Shown: positions 1 to 8,111 of the stretch, one piece after another | Layout of the letters: every line of letters begins with the position of its first letter | Position numbering within the stretch: the first letter of the stretch is position 1 | NCBI GenBank assembly: GCA_038242155.1 | Contig: JBBSSM010000011.1 | Span: 623-64,622 of the forward strand | DNA: 64,000 bases | DNA from: Actinomycetales bacterium | GTDB taxonomy: Bacteria; Actinomycetota; Actinomycetes; Actinomycetales; Micrococcaceae | Direction: 5' to 3' | The notes under the pieces: generated by a model | Databases searched by the model: none | The model's input: only the letters and a program-made list of their open reading frames with translations | What the model was told of the DNA's origin: nothing | Program-made: the position numbers and the translations under genes

Positions 1-1024
1 CATTGCAGCTGATAGTCACATGCTGACGGACGTCTAAAACAGTATCGGCCCAGTGAGCCAATGCGGGATCCTGCAAAGCCGTGACCAGGCGTTCCAGTTG
101 TTGATAGCTGTTGGCCATCATTTCTTCAGATGATTGTGTGTAGGCATTACCCAGCGCATCCTTGAGTTCTTGTCGGAACGTACGTGCCTCATCCGGAATA
201 GTTGTTTGCACCTCCAGCCGCAAGCGGCTGCCCTTTTCAAATGGGACGTCCGCAAGAATTTGATTCAGCGGAAGGATTCGGTCCTCAATGGAGCGGCGTT
301 CCTCTTCCAGGAGGTGCAACAAATCCGAAAAACGCTCGTAGGAGCGGTTGTTAAAGTACTCTCTAAACTCTTCTTGGCGTTGAGGCAGACCATCGGCCAC
401 GATCTTGCTAAACAATTCCTCATAGTGGGCAACGGATTCCACACCGGTACCGTAACTGGCGCTCATGGAAGGGCCAAATTGCCGGGCAAAGGCCTTGAAA
501 ATTTCATTCAGCGCGCCCTCGGTCCGGAATATACGTTCCTTGATAGCTGCACCGCGTTCCCCAAGGTCGACTGCGATGTGGCTCAGTAAGACCTCAAGTT
601 CATCCAAGGTTTCCGGCATGCCCTCAAGGAGGTACGGGGCAAGGGCTTGCTCTGCCCACTCCGCCGCCGTCTCAATGGAATCACCATTGGCCAGCACATC
701 TTGGACTGCCACCAGGTTATCTTCCACGGCTGAGAGGTCGTGGTGCAGCACAGCCAGCTGGCCTACTGCGGTCTCAAGATTCTGCCTCGCACCTGCTAGG
801 GCGTCGCTAAGCTGAGCCAAAGTAGTACTGCCTGCGATGGTCTGCTGCAGAGCCTCCTGCAGTTGCGTCAATGACTTGGCTAGGGCAGTTGCATCCAGTT
901 CCGCAAAGGAACGCTCGTCGCTGGCAATGCGTTTTAGGGTGGCCAATCTAACAAGGGCCTGCTCTTTGAGCAAGCTGCCAACTCCAAGCTGGCCTGTTCT
1001 TCCAGCAACGTTTGGGCTTGAACT
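1..1024 (-). pseudogene. jetC: JetC/MksB-like SMC ATPase, C-terminal continuation in a different frame from 934..2898; runs off the left edge of the window
   Basis: In my manual translation, the minus-strand frame (codons at 1022-1024 down to 2-4) has no stop: ...SLLKEQALVRLATLKRIASDERSFAELDATALAKSLTQLQEALQQ...EERRSIEDRILPLNQILADVPFEKGSRLRLEVQ... This is coiled-coil-like text that continues the upstream ORF. It is absent from the ORF track because its stop lies outside the window. An in-frame TGA at 1025-1027 (minus) bounds it upstream. Confidence 0.75.
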
Positions 1025-2898
1025 TCAAGCTGGGTAATTTTTGCCACGTTGTTGAAACCCAAAAGATAATCCGCTGGGTTGATGGTGCGGGTGTCACGCT
1101 CAAAGACGGAGCTGTTGAGCTTTACTGTTCCGACCACCGAAATCGCCTTGGCATGCCGATGTAAGTCCGTTTCGTTATCGACACAGCTAAAGGCAAAGTC
1201 ACTGGTGATCTTCCCTCGCAGCCAATCGCCGGCGTCGGAGTCGTGAAAATCCAGTTTCGTGACAAGGTGGTTCCGCCCCGCCGTCGCCGGCTTGGTGGGT
1301 ACTCCCAAGTCAATCCAGCGTAGCTTTCCGTGTCCTTCCAAGGAGTCAATGGCTTTGGTCACTGCCGGGATGTCCTTGCCCCGGACCAGCAAAGTGGTGG
1401 CCAGTGCACGCAATACTTTTTCGGCTGCCGGGCGCCACGATGCGTGCCCGCCACCTAAATCCACCAGCTCGCCAGCGAACGGCATGTCAGTGGGATCCAA
1501 GCCAGTGACCGCGCAAATGGCACGGCGGGCCGCGGAACTCCGCGAGTCAATATTAGAGCCACGCCGTTGATAGGCCGTGATCTCGGCTCGTAGTGCCCTC
1601 TCTTGGGCCTTGATGTTGACGCTTGCTGCCACTGCCTGGTACTCGGAGGCGCGGGCTGTCTCAGTATCTTCTAACTGGTGTTCGACGCCGGTCATGGCAG
1701 CCGTGCGGGCCGCAGCCAAACCCAAAGCGCTCCAGTCGTAGCTAAGCCCGGCGGCGTCGAGCTCTGCTTGAGCCACCTCCCGGATTCGCAGTTGCTCAGC
1801 CAATTCACGCTTGCCGGTGCGGATCTCACGTTCCAAATTTTCAATGGCCTGCCCACCGTGGCTGGCATGCTGAGCGGCAAGTGTTGCCACGGTCTGGGTC
1901 AGCGCATCCTTGTGCTGGGCGGCCGCCGCAATGTCCGCACGCAGGCGGGCACGCTTTTCCTCGAGAGCTACGGCTTTGGCCGCCAGCAGCTCTGCCTGGA
2001 ATTGCTGGCGCAACAGCGGGAGTTGAACGCTCTTCAGCTCAGCGACCCGAGAGTGTTTTTGTTCCAGTTCACGTAGTTTTTGGTGCAGTTCGGGGACCGG
2101 CGCCAAGGCATCGCGTTGTCCACGCGCGTCCTCGAGCTGCCGGTAAATGCCACTTAAATGGCTAAAGTCCTCAATGGCCGAGGCTGCAGCGCTCAGCGTG
2201 GCTGGTTTATCCAGGACTTCGTAGCGGAAAAAGCGATTCACGCCCTTGTCAAGGCCTTTCCCGTTTTGCAGGGTGCGCAGCAAGCTGAAGGCCTTGTCAT
2301 TGTGAATGCCTAGTTTTCGCCGGAAGCGTTCAGCGAAGGTCCTGTGCACATCGAAGGCTTCAGCACCCGGTAATGCAGCATGCAGGGACGCCGGCGAAAA
2401 ACGGCGACTGCCGTGCTTTTCCAAGGCCTCAGTGTTTAGGGGCTTGTCGTGGATGATGTAGTGCTTGCCCACCTGACCTTCCAAGCCATTGGCTGGCAGG
2501 TCAAAGAGCGCTGCAATGGTGACTTGCCTGCCCAGGCCGTCCTCAAACACCAGGGCTGTAGCTGACCACGTGGCGCTGGGGCGTTGGTAAGCCACGCCGT
2601 CGGCCGTTTTAATTTTCCGTCCGCGCATATAGCTGAAAGTGGTGCGGCGATCCTTTCGGTTCGACGCCTCATGCGCTGATTCGTTCAAGCGCGGAGCTGC
2701 ATAGAAAATGTGCTGGATACCGTCGAAGAGGGTGGATTTACCCACACCGGGGTGCCCTGTTAAAAGAGTTCCCGCACGGTCCACATACATACTGTGCCGG
2801 CCATGGAAGGTGCCCCAATTAACGATTTGAATTTGGGATAGGCGGAATTGACCGGGATTGAGTTCTTCGCCGAAAGGCAAGGTCGTTGCAATGCTCAC
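934..2898 (-). CDS. jetC: JetC/MksB-like SMC-family ATPase, N-terminal 654 aa (Walker A head plus coiled coil); reading frame ends prematurely at 934
   Basis: The N-terminus (LSQIQIVNWGTFHGRH...LLTGHPGVGKSTLFDGI) is a MukB/JetC-type head with a P-loop. It is followed by a long Ala/Leu/Glu/Gln-rich coiled coil. The start overlaps the jetB stop by 4 nt. 654 aa is too short for this family, and the sequence continues in another frame (feature 1..1024). Confidence 0.85.
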   Translation of the reverse strand: MSIATTLPFGEELNPGQFRLSQIQIVNWGTFHGRHSMYVDRAGTLLTGHPGVGKSTLFDGIQHIFYAAPRLNESAHEASNRKDRRTTFSYMRGRKIKTADGVAYQRPSATWSATALVFEDGLGRQVTIAALFDLPANGLEGQVGKHYIIHDKPLNTEALEKHGSRRFSPASLHAALPGAEAFDVHRTFAERFRRKLGIHNDKAFSLLRTLQNGKGLDKGVNRFFRYEVLDKPATLSAAASAIEDFSHLSGIYRQLEDARGQRDALAPVPELHQKLRELEQKHSRVAELKSVQLPLLRQQFQAELLAAKAVALEEKRARLRADIAAAAQHKDALTQTVATLAAQHASHGGQAIENLEREIRTGKRELAEQLRIREVAQAELDAAGLSYDWSALGLAAARTAAMTGVEHQLEDTETARASEYQAVAASVNIKAQERALRAEITAYQRRGSNIDSRSSAARRAICAVTGLDPTDMPFAGELVDLGGGHASWRPAAEKVLRALATTLLVRGKDIPAVTKAIDSLEGHGKLRWIDLGVPTKPATAGRNHLVTKLDFHDSDAGDWLRGKITSDFAFSCVDNETDLHRHAKAISVVGTVKLNSSVFERDTRTINPADYLLGFNNVAKITQLEVQAQTLLEEQASLELAACSKSRPLLDWPP

Positions 2899-3563
2899 GC
2901 GAGTTTCTCCTGAACAGGCTCATCGAAGTTTTCCAGCTGGTCGCCAGCCGCGTCAAAGGCCTCTAGCGCGGTGGAGTGATCAATGGCCGCAAGGTAGGCA
3001 GGAATGTGTTCAATGGAGTCGAACGGCAGAGCCAACGCCAAGGCGTTGCTCACACGATATTCCCCCTCCAATTCTGTTGGCAGGATGAGCTTTAAGTTCA
3101 GCAACCGGGCCAGTGCCGCATCAGTTTGTTCATCCAATCTCTTATCGTCCACTGTTCCAGGCTGACGGTGCTCAGCTAGTATTTCGCGGGCTCCTGCGCG
3201 TGAAATGCCCACATCCGTTCCCGTGCCGGCGTGACGGTCCAAAAGTACCCGCAGCCGCAGTGCCAGGAGCGTTTCCTCACGTCGCAGTGGTTTTCTGGCC
3301 ACTATGGGCTGTGTGTGCACGGCGTCAATGTCTGCAGGCGTCAACAGGGCAATTTTGCGTTCGTCATCAATGGTGAGCAGCACGAAAATCTCGCTGAGAT
3401 ACTGCTGCAGTGTTGGCGCGTGGGTCAAAACAGTTGTCCACAGTGCAGGATCCGCAAACCCGTCAATGTAGGGCCCGCGGAGAAGCCGCACCAGTGCCTG
3501 CCGCATCTCGAGCGGGAAGGCACCGGTGTCTCCTGAAAAGAGTGCGCGCTCGGAACTGCTCAT
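2895..3563 (-). CDS. jetB: JetB/MksE-like kleisin-accessory protein (DUF4194-like)
   Basis: 222-aa acidic protein containing ALVRLLRGPYIDGFADPALWTTVL...YLSEIFVLLTIDDERKIALL, typical of DUF4194/MksE. It sits between the jetA-like and jetC-like genes with 4-nt overlaps at both ends. Confidence 0.8.
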   Translation of the reverse strand: MSSSERALFSGDTGAFPLEMRQALVRLLRGPYIDGFADPALWTTVLTHAPTLQQYLSEIFVLLTIDDERKIALLTPADIDAVHTQPIVARKPLRREETLLALRLRVLLDRHAGTGTDVGISRAGAREILAEHRQPGTVDDKRLDEQTDAALARLLNLKLILPTELEGEYRVSNALALALPFDSIEHIPAYLAAIDHSTALEAFDAAGDQLENFDEPVQEKLA

Positions 3564-5017
3564 ACTGTGGAGTCCTTTGTAAAGGTGATTAGAGGAATGG
3601 TGGCTGAACGTTGGATTCCATCAATTTGGGTGAAGAGCACCGTTTGGGTTTTTCGCTCGTCAACATTGTTTTCGGAACCGCGGGCGGCAAGAATCAGCCC
3701 CCGAATGGTGTTTAAATGCAGTTGTTCCGGGGGTAGGGAGCCGTACACGTCTGCCAAGGTGGCGGTGCCGTTGCGCAGCTGGCGCGCACGGGCGACGGCG
3801 GCATGAAGCTGGGGCATGTCAGCTGCCGGTGTGGCGGGGGTACGGTGAATATCGGCGTCGCTCAGGGCCGGTGGCGCGGCCAACTTCGGCGGCGGGACGT
3901 GGTCTTCGGGGTTGTAAATACCCAGTCGCGCCACGGTTTCAAACTGGGGTGCGTACAGTAGCGGTTCGACCACTGCCGTACGGATCCCCAGTGGTGCGGT
4001 GGCGACGAGTTGTTCGGCGGCGTGGATGGATTTACGCAGCAGCACAGATTCTTGGAACTGCGCCGACTGCACGTAGGCATGCAGGCTTTCCGACAGGCGC
4101 CCGTAAATGGCATGAACTTCGGCGGCTTGGCGACGCATTTCCCGCAACAGTGAGGCTAAGTTGTTCCGTTCCTCGGTGCTCAGCTGGCCGCTAAAGTCAC
4201 GCTCCAAGACATCATTGACCGATTGTCTGAAGCGTGCTTGGGAAACGGGGTCGTTGAGGAACTCAGTGAAACCTTGGAAGGTTTCACCCTCGGCCGTGCT
4301 GCGCAGTGCCTTGTCACCGGCAAGCACTTGCCCGACGGCCACGCCCTTCGTCAGGGAAGATTCCATGATTTCAGTACGGATGGAATGCAACATGACCTCA
4401 ACGCCGTCGCGCATGCGCTTGAAATCCGCTGGCAGGCTCGCGGCCAGGTCCAGGACGCTGCGGGCTGCTGCGGCGGCTGAGTCATTGGACAGTGTGGCGG
4501 GGGTGGCACCGCCCCGGAGGGCGAGAATCTCCTGTTCCCGCTCCGCTATCTCCGCCTCCAGGGCCGTGATGCGGGACTCCGGGTCGGGGTTGCTTTGCTG
4601 TGACAGTGTCTCAATGCTGTTAAGTAAGGTGCTTAAACGTGAACTATTGAGGTTGGTGCGGTTCCCCATCAATGTGTCCATAAAAGCCAGGACCCGGGCG
4701 GTCGCCGCAGTAGGTTCGTAATAAAACGCGCTCTGCACCATGGGCCGTGAGAGGAATTGGCTGCGCACCCAGGAATCGGCGTAGTGCGAGGCCTGCCACG
4801 CCTCATTGAGGCCCAGGTGCTCCGCGCGCAGTTCCTTCATAAAGTCAGCCAGGCTGGCATGGAATTCCTCCAACGGAACCCGCTGCCGGGTTGCCGTGAA
4901 CTCAGCGCGGAGAAAAGCCAGGGTCCAGGGTGAACTTTGCAGCAATTTCCATGCCGGGCTCAGCCGGAGTTGTTGCTGGGCATGCCATTGCGCCACAGCA
5001 GAGTCAGTTGGGCGCAT
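3560..5017 (-). CDS. jetA: JetA/MksF-like protein (DUF3375-like)
   Basis: 485 aa. The N-terminus (LRLSPAWKLLQSSPWTLAFLRAEF) matches the conserved DUF3375 N-terminal pattern. First gene of the jetABC-type operon. Confidence 0.8.
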   Translation of the reverse strand: MRPTDSAVAQWHAQQQLRLSPAWKLLQSSPWTLAFLRAEFTATRQRVPLEEFHASLADFMKELRAEHLGLNEAWQASHYADSWVRSQFLSRPMVQSAFYYEPTAATARVLAFMDTLMGNRTNLNSSRLSTLLNSIETLSQQSNPDPESRITALEAEIAEREQEILALRGGATPATLSNDSAAAAARSVLDLAASLPADFKRMRDGVEVMLHSIRTEIMESSLTKGVAVGQVLAGDKALRSTAEGETFQGFTEFLNDPVSQARFRQSVNDVLERDFSGQLSTEERNNLASLLREMRRQAAEVHAIYGRLSESLHAYVQSAQFQESVLLRKSIHAAEQLVATAPLGIRTAVVEPLLYAPQFETVARLGIYNPEDHVPPPKLAAPPALSDADIHRTPATPAADMPQLHAAVARARQLRNGTATLADVYGSLPPEQLHLNTIRGLILAARGSENNVDERKTQTVLFTQIDGIQRSATIPLITFTKDSTV

Positions 5018-5204
5018 GGCGAAGCCTTTCGGCAGGAGAAATGGGAGTTACTGCCATTTTAAGCCATGGCGCCACACCACGCTTGCGTGTGGTGCGGCTT
5101 ACCCACAAGGGTGAGTGCCCGGCGTCGTGCTTGCGGTAAGATAGATAAGTCTGTGCTGGCGCCGGAGCTGCTGCAAAGCAATCCGAAGTCAGTGAGACAC
5201 CGCA

Positions 5205-5264
5205 AATGAACCTCCTGTTACGGAAATGCCGTAACCGCCTAGCCCAAAGGAGGTGGGTTCACAT
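5205..5264 (+). promoter_or_regulatory. Possible rpsF operon leader with an anti-Shine-Dalgarno element
   Basis: CCTCCT (5211-5216) is complementary to the AGGAGG Shine-Dalgarno (5249-5254). Between them lies a 7-bp hairpin, GTTACGG-AAATG-CCGTAAC (5217-5235). An S6:S18-responsive leader is known upstream of rpsF in many bacteria. Confidence 0.3.
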
Positions 5265-5570
5265 ATGCGTCCTTACGAACTGATGGTAATCATCGACCCC
5301 GATGTTGATGAGCGTACCGTTGAGCCGTCGCTTCAGAAGTTCCTCAATGTCATTACCACCGATGGTGGAACCATCGAAAAGGTGGACATTTGGGGCCGTC
5401 GTCGCTTGGCTTACGACATTCAAAAGAAGTCTGAAGGTATCTACGCCGTGGTGAACTTCACCGCTGAGCCTGCTACCGCTCAGGAACTTGACCGCTTGCT
5501 TGGGATCAACGAGACCATCCTGCGCACCAAGATCACCCGTCCGGAAGAGCAGAAAGTTGTTGCCGAATAA
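5265..5570 (+). CDS. rpsF: 30S ribosomal protein S6
   Basis: [12 protein letters not shown]...GIYAVVNF is a canonical S6 sequence. ATG at 5265 sits about 10 nt after AAGGAGG, so the track start at 5253 (GTG) is probably too early. Confidence 0.95.
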   Translation: MRPYELMVIIDPDVDERTVEPSLQKFLNVITTDGGTIEKVDIWGRRRLAYDIQKKSEGIYAVVNFTAEPATAQELDRLLGINETILRTKITRPEEQKVVAE

Positions 5571-5632
5571 TTTCGGTTAACACTGACTAACTTTTTCACC
5601 GTAGGAAAACACTTAGCAGGAAGCAGGAGCAG

Positions 5633-6229
5633 ATGGCAGGCGAAACCACTATCACGATCATTGGTAATCTCACCGGTGATCCAGAACTTCGGTTTACCCC
5701 GAGCGGTTCAGCAGTAGCGAACTTCACCATTGCGTCGACTCCGCGGACCTTTGACCGCCAGAGCAACGAGTGGAAGGACGGCGAAACGCTGTTCCTCCGC
5801 GCGTCAATTTGGCGTGAAGCGGCAGAGAACGTGGCCGAATCCCTGACAAAGGGAACGCGCGTCATTGTTTCAGGCCGGCTGAAGTCGCGGACCTACGACA
5901 CTAAAGAAGGCGAAAAGCGCACCGTCATGGAGCTCGAGGTCGACGAGATCGGCCCCTCGCTGCGTTACGCCAATGCCAAGGTTAATCGCACCCAACGCTC
6001 CGGCGGCCAGGGTGGGAACAACTTCGGTGGCCAAGGCGGCCAGGGCGGCGGAAACTTCGGTGGCGGCAACGCCGGCGGGGGACAAGGCGGCTTTGGCGGC
6101 GGTAATTCCGGCGGCAATGGCGGTCAACAACAGCAGTCATCCGCACCGGCAGCTGATCCCTGGGCTACGCCCGGCGGTTCGACTGGCGGCTGGGGCGCGG
6201 GTCCGGATAACTCCGAACCCCCCTTCTAA
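5633..6229 (+). CDS. ssb: Single-stranded DNA-binding protein
   Basis: OB-fold N-terminus ([18 protein letters not shown]), a Gly/Gln/Asn-rich linker and an acidic C-terminal tip (SEPPF). AGGAG ribosome-binding site upstream. Confidence 0.95.
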   Translation: MAGETTITIIGNLTGDPELRFTPSGSAVANFTIASTPRTFDRQSNEWKDGETLFLRASIWREAAENVAESLTKGTRVIVSGRLKSRTYDTKEGEKRTVMELEVDEIGPSLRYANAKVNRTQRSGGQGGNNFGGQGGQGGGNFGGGNAGGGQGGFGGGNSGGNGGQQQQSSAPAADPWATPGGSTGGWGAGPDNSEPPF

Positions 6230-6316
6230 AAAGATTTTACAATGTGCGGCATCCGCTGCACACACCATCCCGCGGATTAATATCCACGGGCTCCACTAAC
6301 ACTAAGGAGCTCCACG

Positions 6317-6556
6317 ATGGCTAAGGCTGAACTCCGTAAGCCCAAACCAAAGTCCAATCCCTTGAAGGCCGCTGACGTTACAGTCATCGACTACAAGGAC
6401 GTAGCATTGCTGCGCAAGTTCATCTCTGATCGCGGAAAGATCCGTGCGCGTCGCGTCACGGGTGTCACCGTTCAGGAACAGCGCAAAATCGCCCAGGCAA
6501 TTAAGAATGCCCGCGAAGTTGCACTGCTGCCCTACTCCGGCGCTGGCCGCGGTTAA
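6317..6556 (+). CDS. rpsR: 30S ribosomal protein S18
   Basis: 79 aa with [26 protein letters not shown], a canonical S18 sequence. AAGGAG ribosome-binding site. Confidence 0.95.
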   Translation: MAKAELRKPKPKSNPLKAADVTVIDYKDVALLRKFISDRGKIRARRVTGVTVQEQRKIAQAIKNAREVALLPYSGAGRG

Positions 6557-6571
6557 GGGAGATAAAATAAC

Positions 6572-7021
6572 ATGGCAAAGCTCATTTTGACCCACGAAGT
6601 AAGCGGCCTCGGTGCCGCTGGCGACATCGTTGAGGTAAAGAACGGTTACGCACGTAACTTTCTTCTGCCCCGCGGCTTCGCTCTGACCTGGAGCAAGGGT
6701 GGCGAGAAGCAGGTGGACGCCATCAAGGCTGCACGTGTTGCTCACGCTCACGCAACCACCGAAGCCGCTCAGGCACAGGCTGCCGCCCTTCAGGCGCAGG
6801 CTGTCACCTTGACGGTGAAGGCAGGCGAGACCGGCCGTCTGTTCGGTACCGTCAAGGCCGACGACGTTGCAAAGGCTGTTGCCGCTGCAGGTCTGGGAAC
6901 CATTGACAAGCGCAAGGTTGAATTGCCGGCGCACATTAAGAGCACAGGTAAGCACACTGCAACCCTTCGTTTGCACGAAGACGTTTCAGCGACCATCACC
7001 TTGAACGTGGTTGCGGGCTAA
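6572..7021 (+). CDS. rplI: 50S ribosomal protein L9
   Basis: [35 protein letters not shown] is a canonical L9 N-terminus. It occupies the usual position in rpsF-ssb-rpsR-rplI. Confidence 0.95.
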   Translation: MAKLILTHEVSGLGAAGDIVEVKNGYARNFLLPRGFALTWSKGGEKQVDAIKAARVAHAHATTEAAQAQAAALQAQAVTLTVKAGETGRLFGTVKADDVAKAVAAAGLGTIDKRKVELPAHIKSTGKHTATLRLHEDVSATITLNVVAG

Positions 7022-7040
7022 TACCCCGCTCCATAGCTCC

Positions 7041-7076
7041 AAAAGGTCCGGTTCCCGCAGGGGAACCGGACCTTTT
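7041..7076. terminator. Bidirectional intrinsic terminator between rplI and the convergent DUF1801 gene
   Basis: Perfect 16-bp stem, AAAAGGTCCGGTTCCC (7041-7056) / GGGAACCGGACCTTTT (7061-7076), with a GCAG loop. A-run and T-run flanks let it work in both directions. Confidence 0.8.
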
Positions 7077-7091
7077 GCTTGTGGTGCATGG

Positions 7092-7572
7092 TTATTCCGG
7101 CTGTGGCTGCGGGGCTCCAATGTTTACGCAGTACTGGTACGTCATTGCTATGAGTTCGCGCAACACAGCCATGTTCACGTCGGCTAGTTTGTTAATATAA
7201 ACACAGTGAACATCTGACCTGAATTTACCCAGCTGCTCCAACAATGGTGCGGCGGCCGGAGGGTAGGTTAATCCGTAAATCACCAACGCTGTCTTCCTCG
7301 GTGAAAAGGCGACGGCGGGTGCGTCACCTTGCCTGCCCGACGCGTAGCTGTAGTGATACTGCCCGAAGCCCACCATGCTGGGGCCCCACATGACAGGCCG
7401 TTGGCCTGTCACGTCCTGCATCATTTCCAGCAGCGTGAGCGCATCTTCGCGGAGCACCTTGCTGGTATCTACGGCGCCAATGAATTCGCGCGGGTCCGCT
7501 CCCTGTAGAGGAGGTCTTGTTAGTGGACGCAGTGGTCTTCCCCGTGCTGGCGGGTGATTGGTTGACGTTCAC
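7092..7572 (-). pseudogene. DUF1801 (YdhG-like) family protein, apparently frameshifted near 7495-7510
   Basis: The body (7092..7457) reads ...REDALTLLEMMQDVTGQRPVMWGPSMVGFGQYHYSYASGRQGDAPAVAFSPRK, a DUF1801 pattern. The same frame stays open upstream (ADPREFIGAVDTSK) but has no start codon. A GTG at 7572 with an AGGAG ribosome-binding site opens MNVNQSPASTGKTTASTNKT in the neighbouring frame. Confidence 0.65.
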
Positions 7573-7696
7573 GAGGAGCTCCTGTCATTGCCAATAGTTT
7601 AGCCCCGACCCCCTGTCGAGCTGCAGATGATTGAGCGCTGATGGGGATGATTAAAAATATGCCCCAGTCGGCGTTCGGCGGCGGCATGGTCTTCCG

Positions 7697-7947
7697 AGTG
7701 GATATCCACACCACTGTATATAACTGTGGATATCACTTTTTGGACCGTCCCGCACCTTCCAAGGTGTTTATTGTCCTAACCCCGGGGCAGCCGGAAAATT
7801 TTAGGTTTTCCACAGGGTTAATCCGTTATTTGCGCAGGTCACAGCGTATTTTTTGCGGGTAAATAAATGTTATACACAAGCTTATCCCCACACTGTGCAC
7901 AAGTGGGGGCACTTAATGCACCGGTTATCCACAGGAGTAGTGGATAA
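7697..7947. promoter_or_regulatory. Cluster of DnaA-box-like 9-mers upstream of dnaB
   Basis: Compared with TTATCCACA: 7925-7933 is perfect and 7939-7947 (rc TTATCCACT) is its inverted partner. Other boxes are 7702-7710 ATATCCACA (inside the palindrome GTGGATATCCAC, 7698-7709), 7725-7733 (rc ATATCCACA), 7806-7814 TTTTCCACA, 7870-7878 TTATACACA, 7882-7890 TTATCCCCA and 7895-7903 (rc TTGTGCACA). AT-rich patches lie nearby at about 7645-7660 and 7858-7875. Confidence 0.6.
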
Positions 7948-8111
7948 CGGGGTTGGTGGAACCTCTTGCAGCGTCTAACGTTGCAGTTGAGCTCTCCGTA
8001 CCAGCCGTGACATTTTTCGTCCTGTTGGTAACGCTGACAGGAGCGGCAGTACTACTAAACACCCTGTGCATTGCGGGAAGCCCCGCCAGCAGGGCAGAAA
8101 GAGGCACCACC

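Noticed and set aside
7953-8111. 53-aa N-terminal extension of dnaB in the ORF track.
   Set aside because: The hydrophobic, non-conserved text (VAVELSVPAVTFFVLLVTL...) runs through the DnaA-box region. A good ribosome-binding site and ATG at 8112 give a normal-length DnaB.
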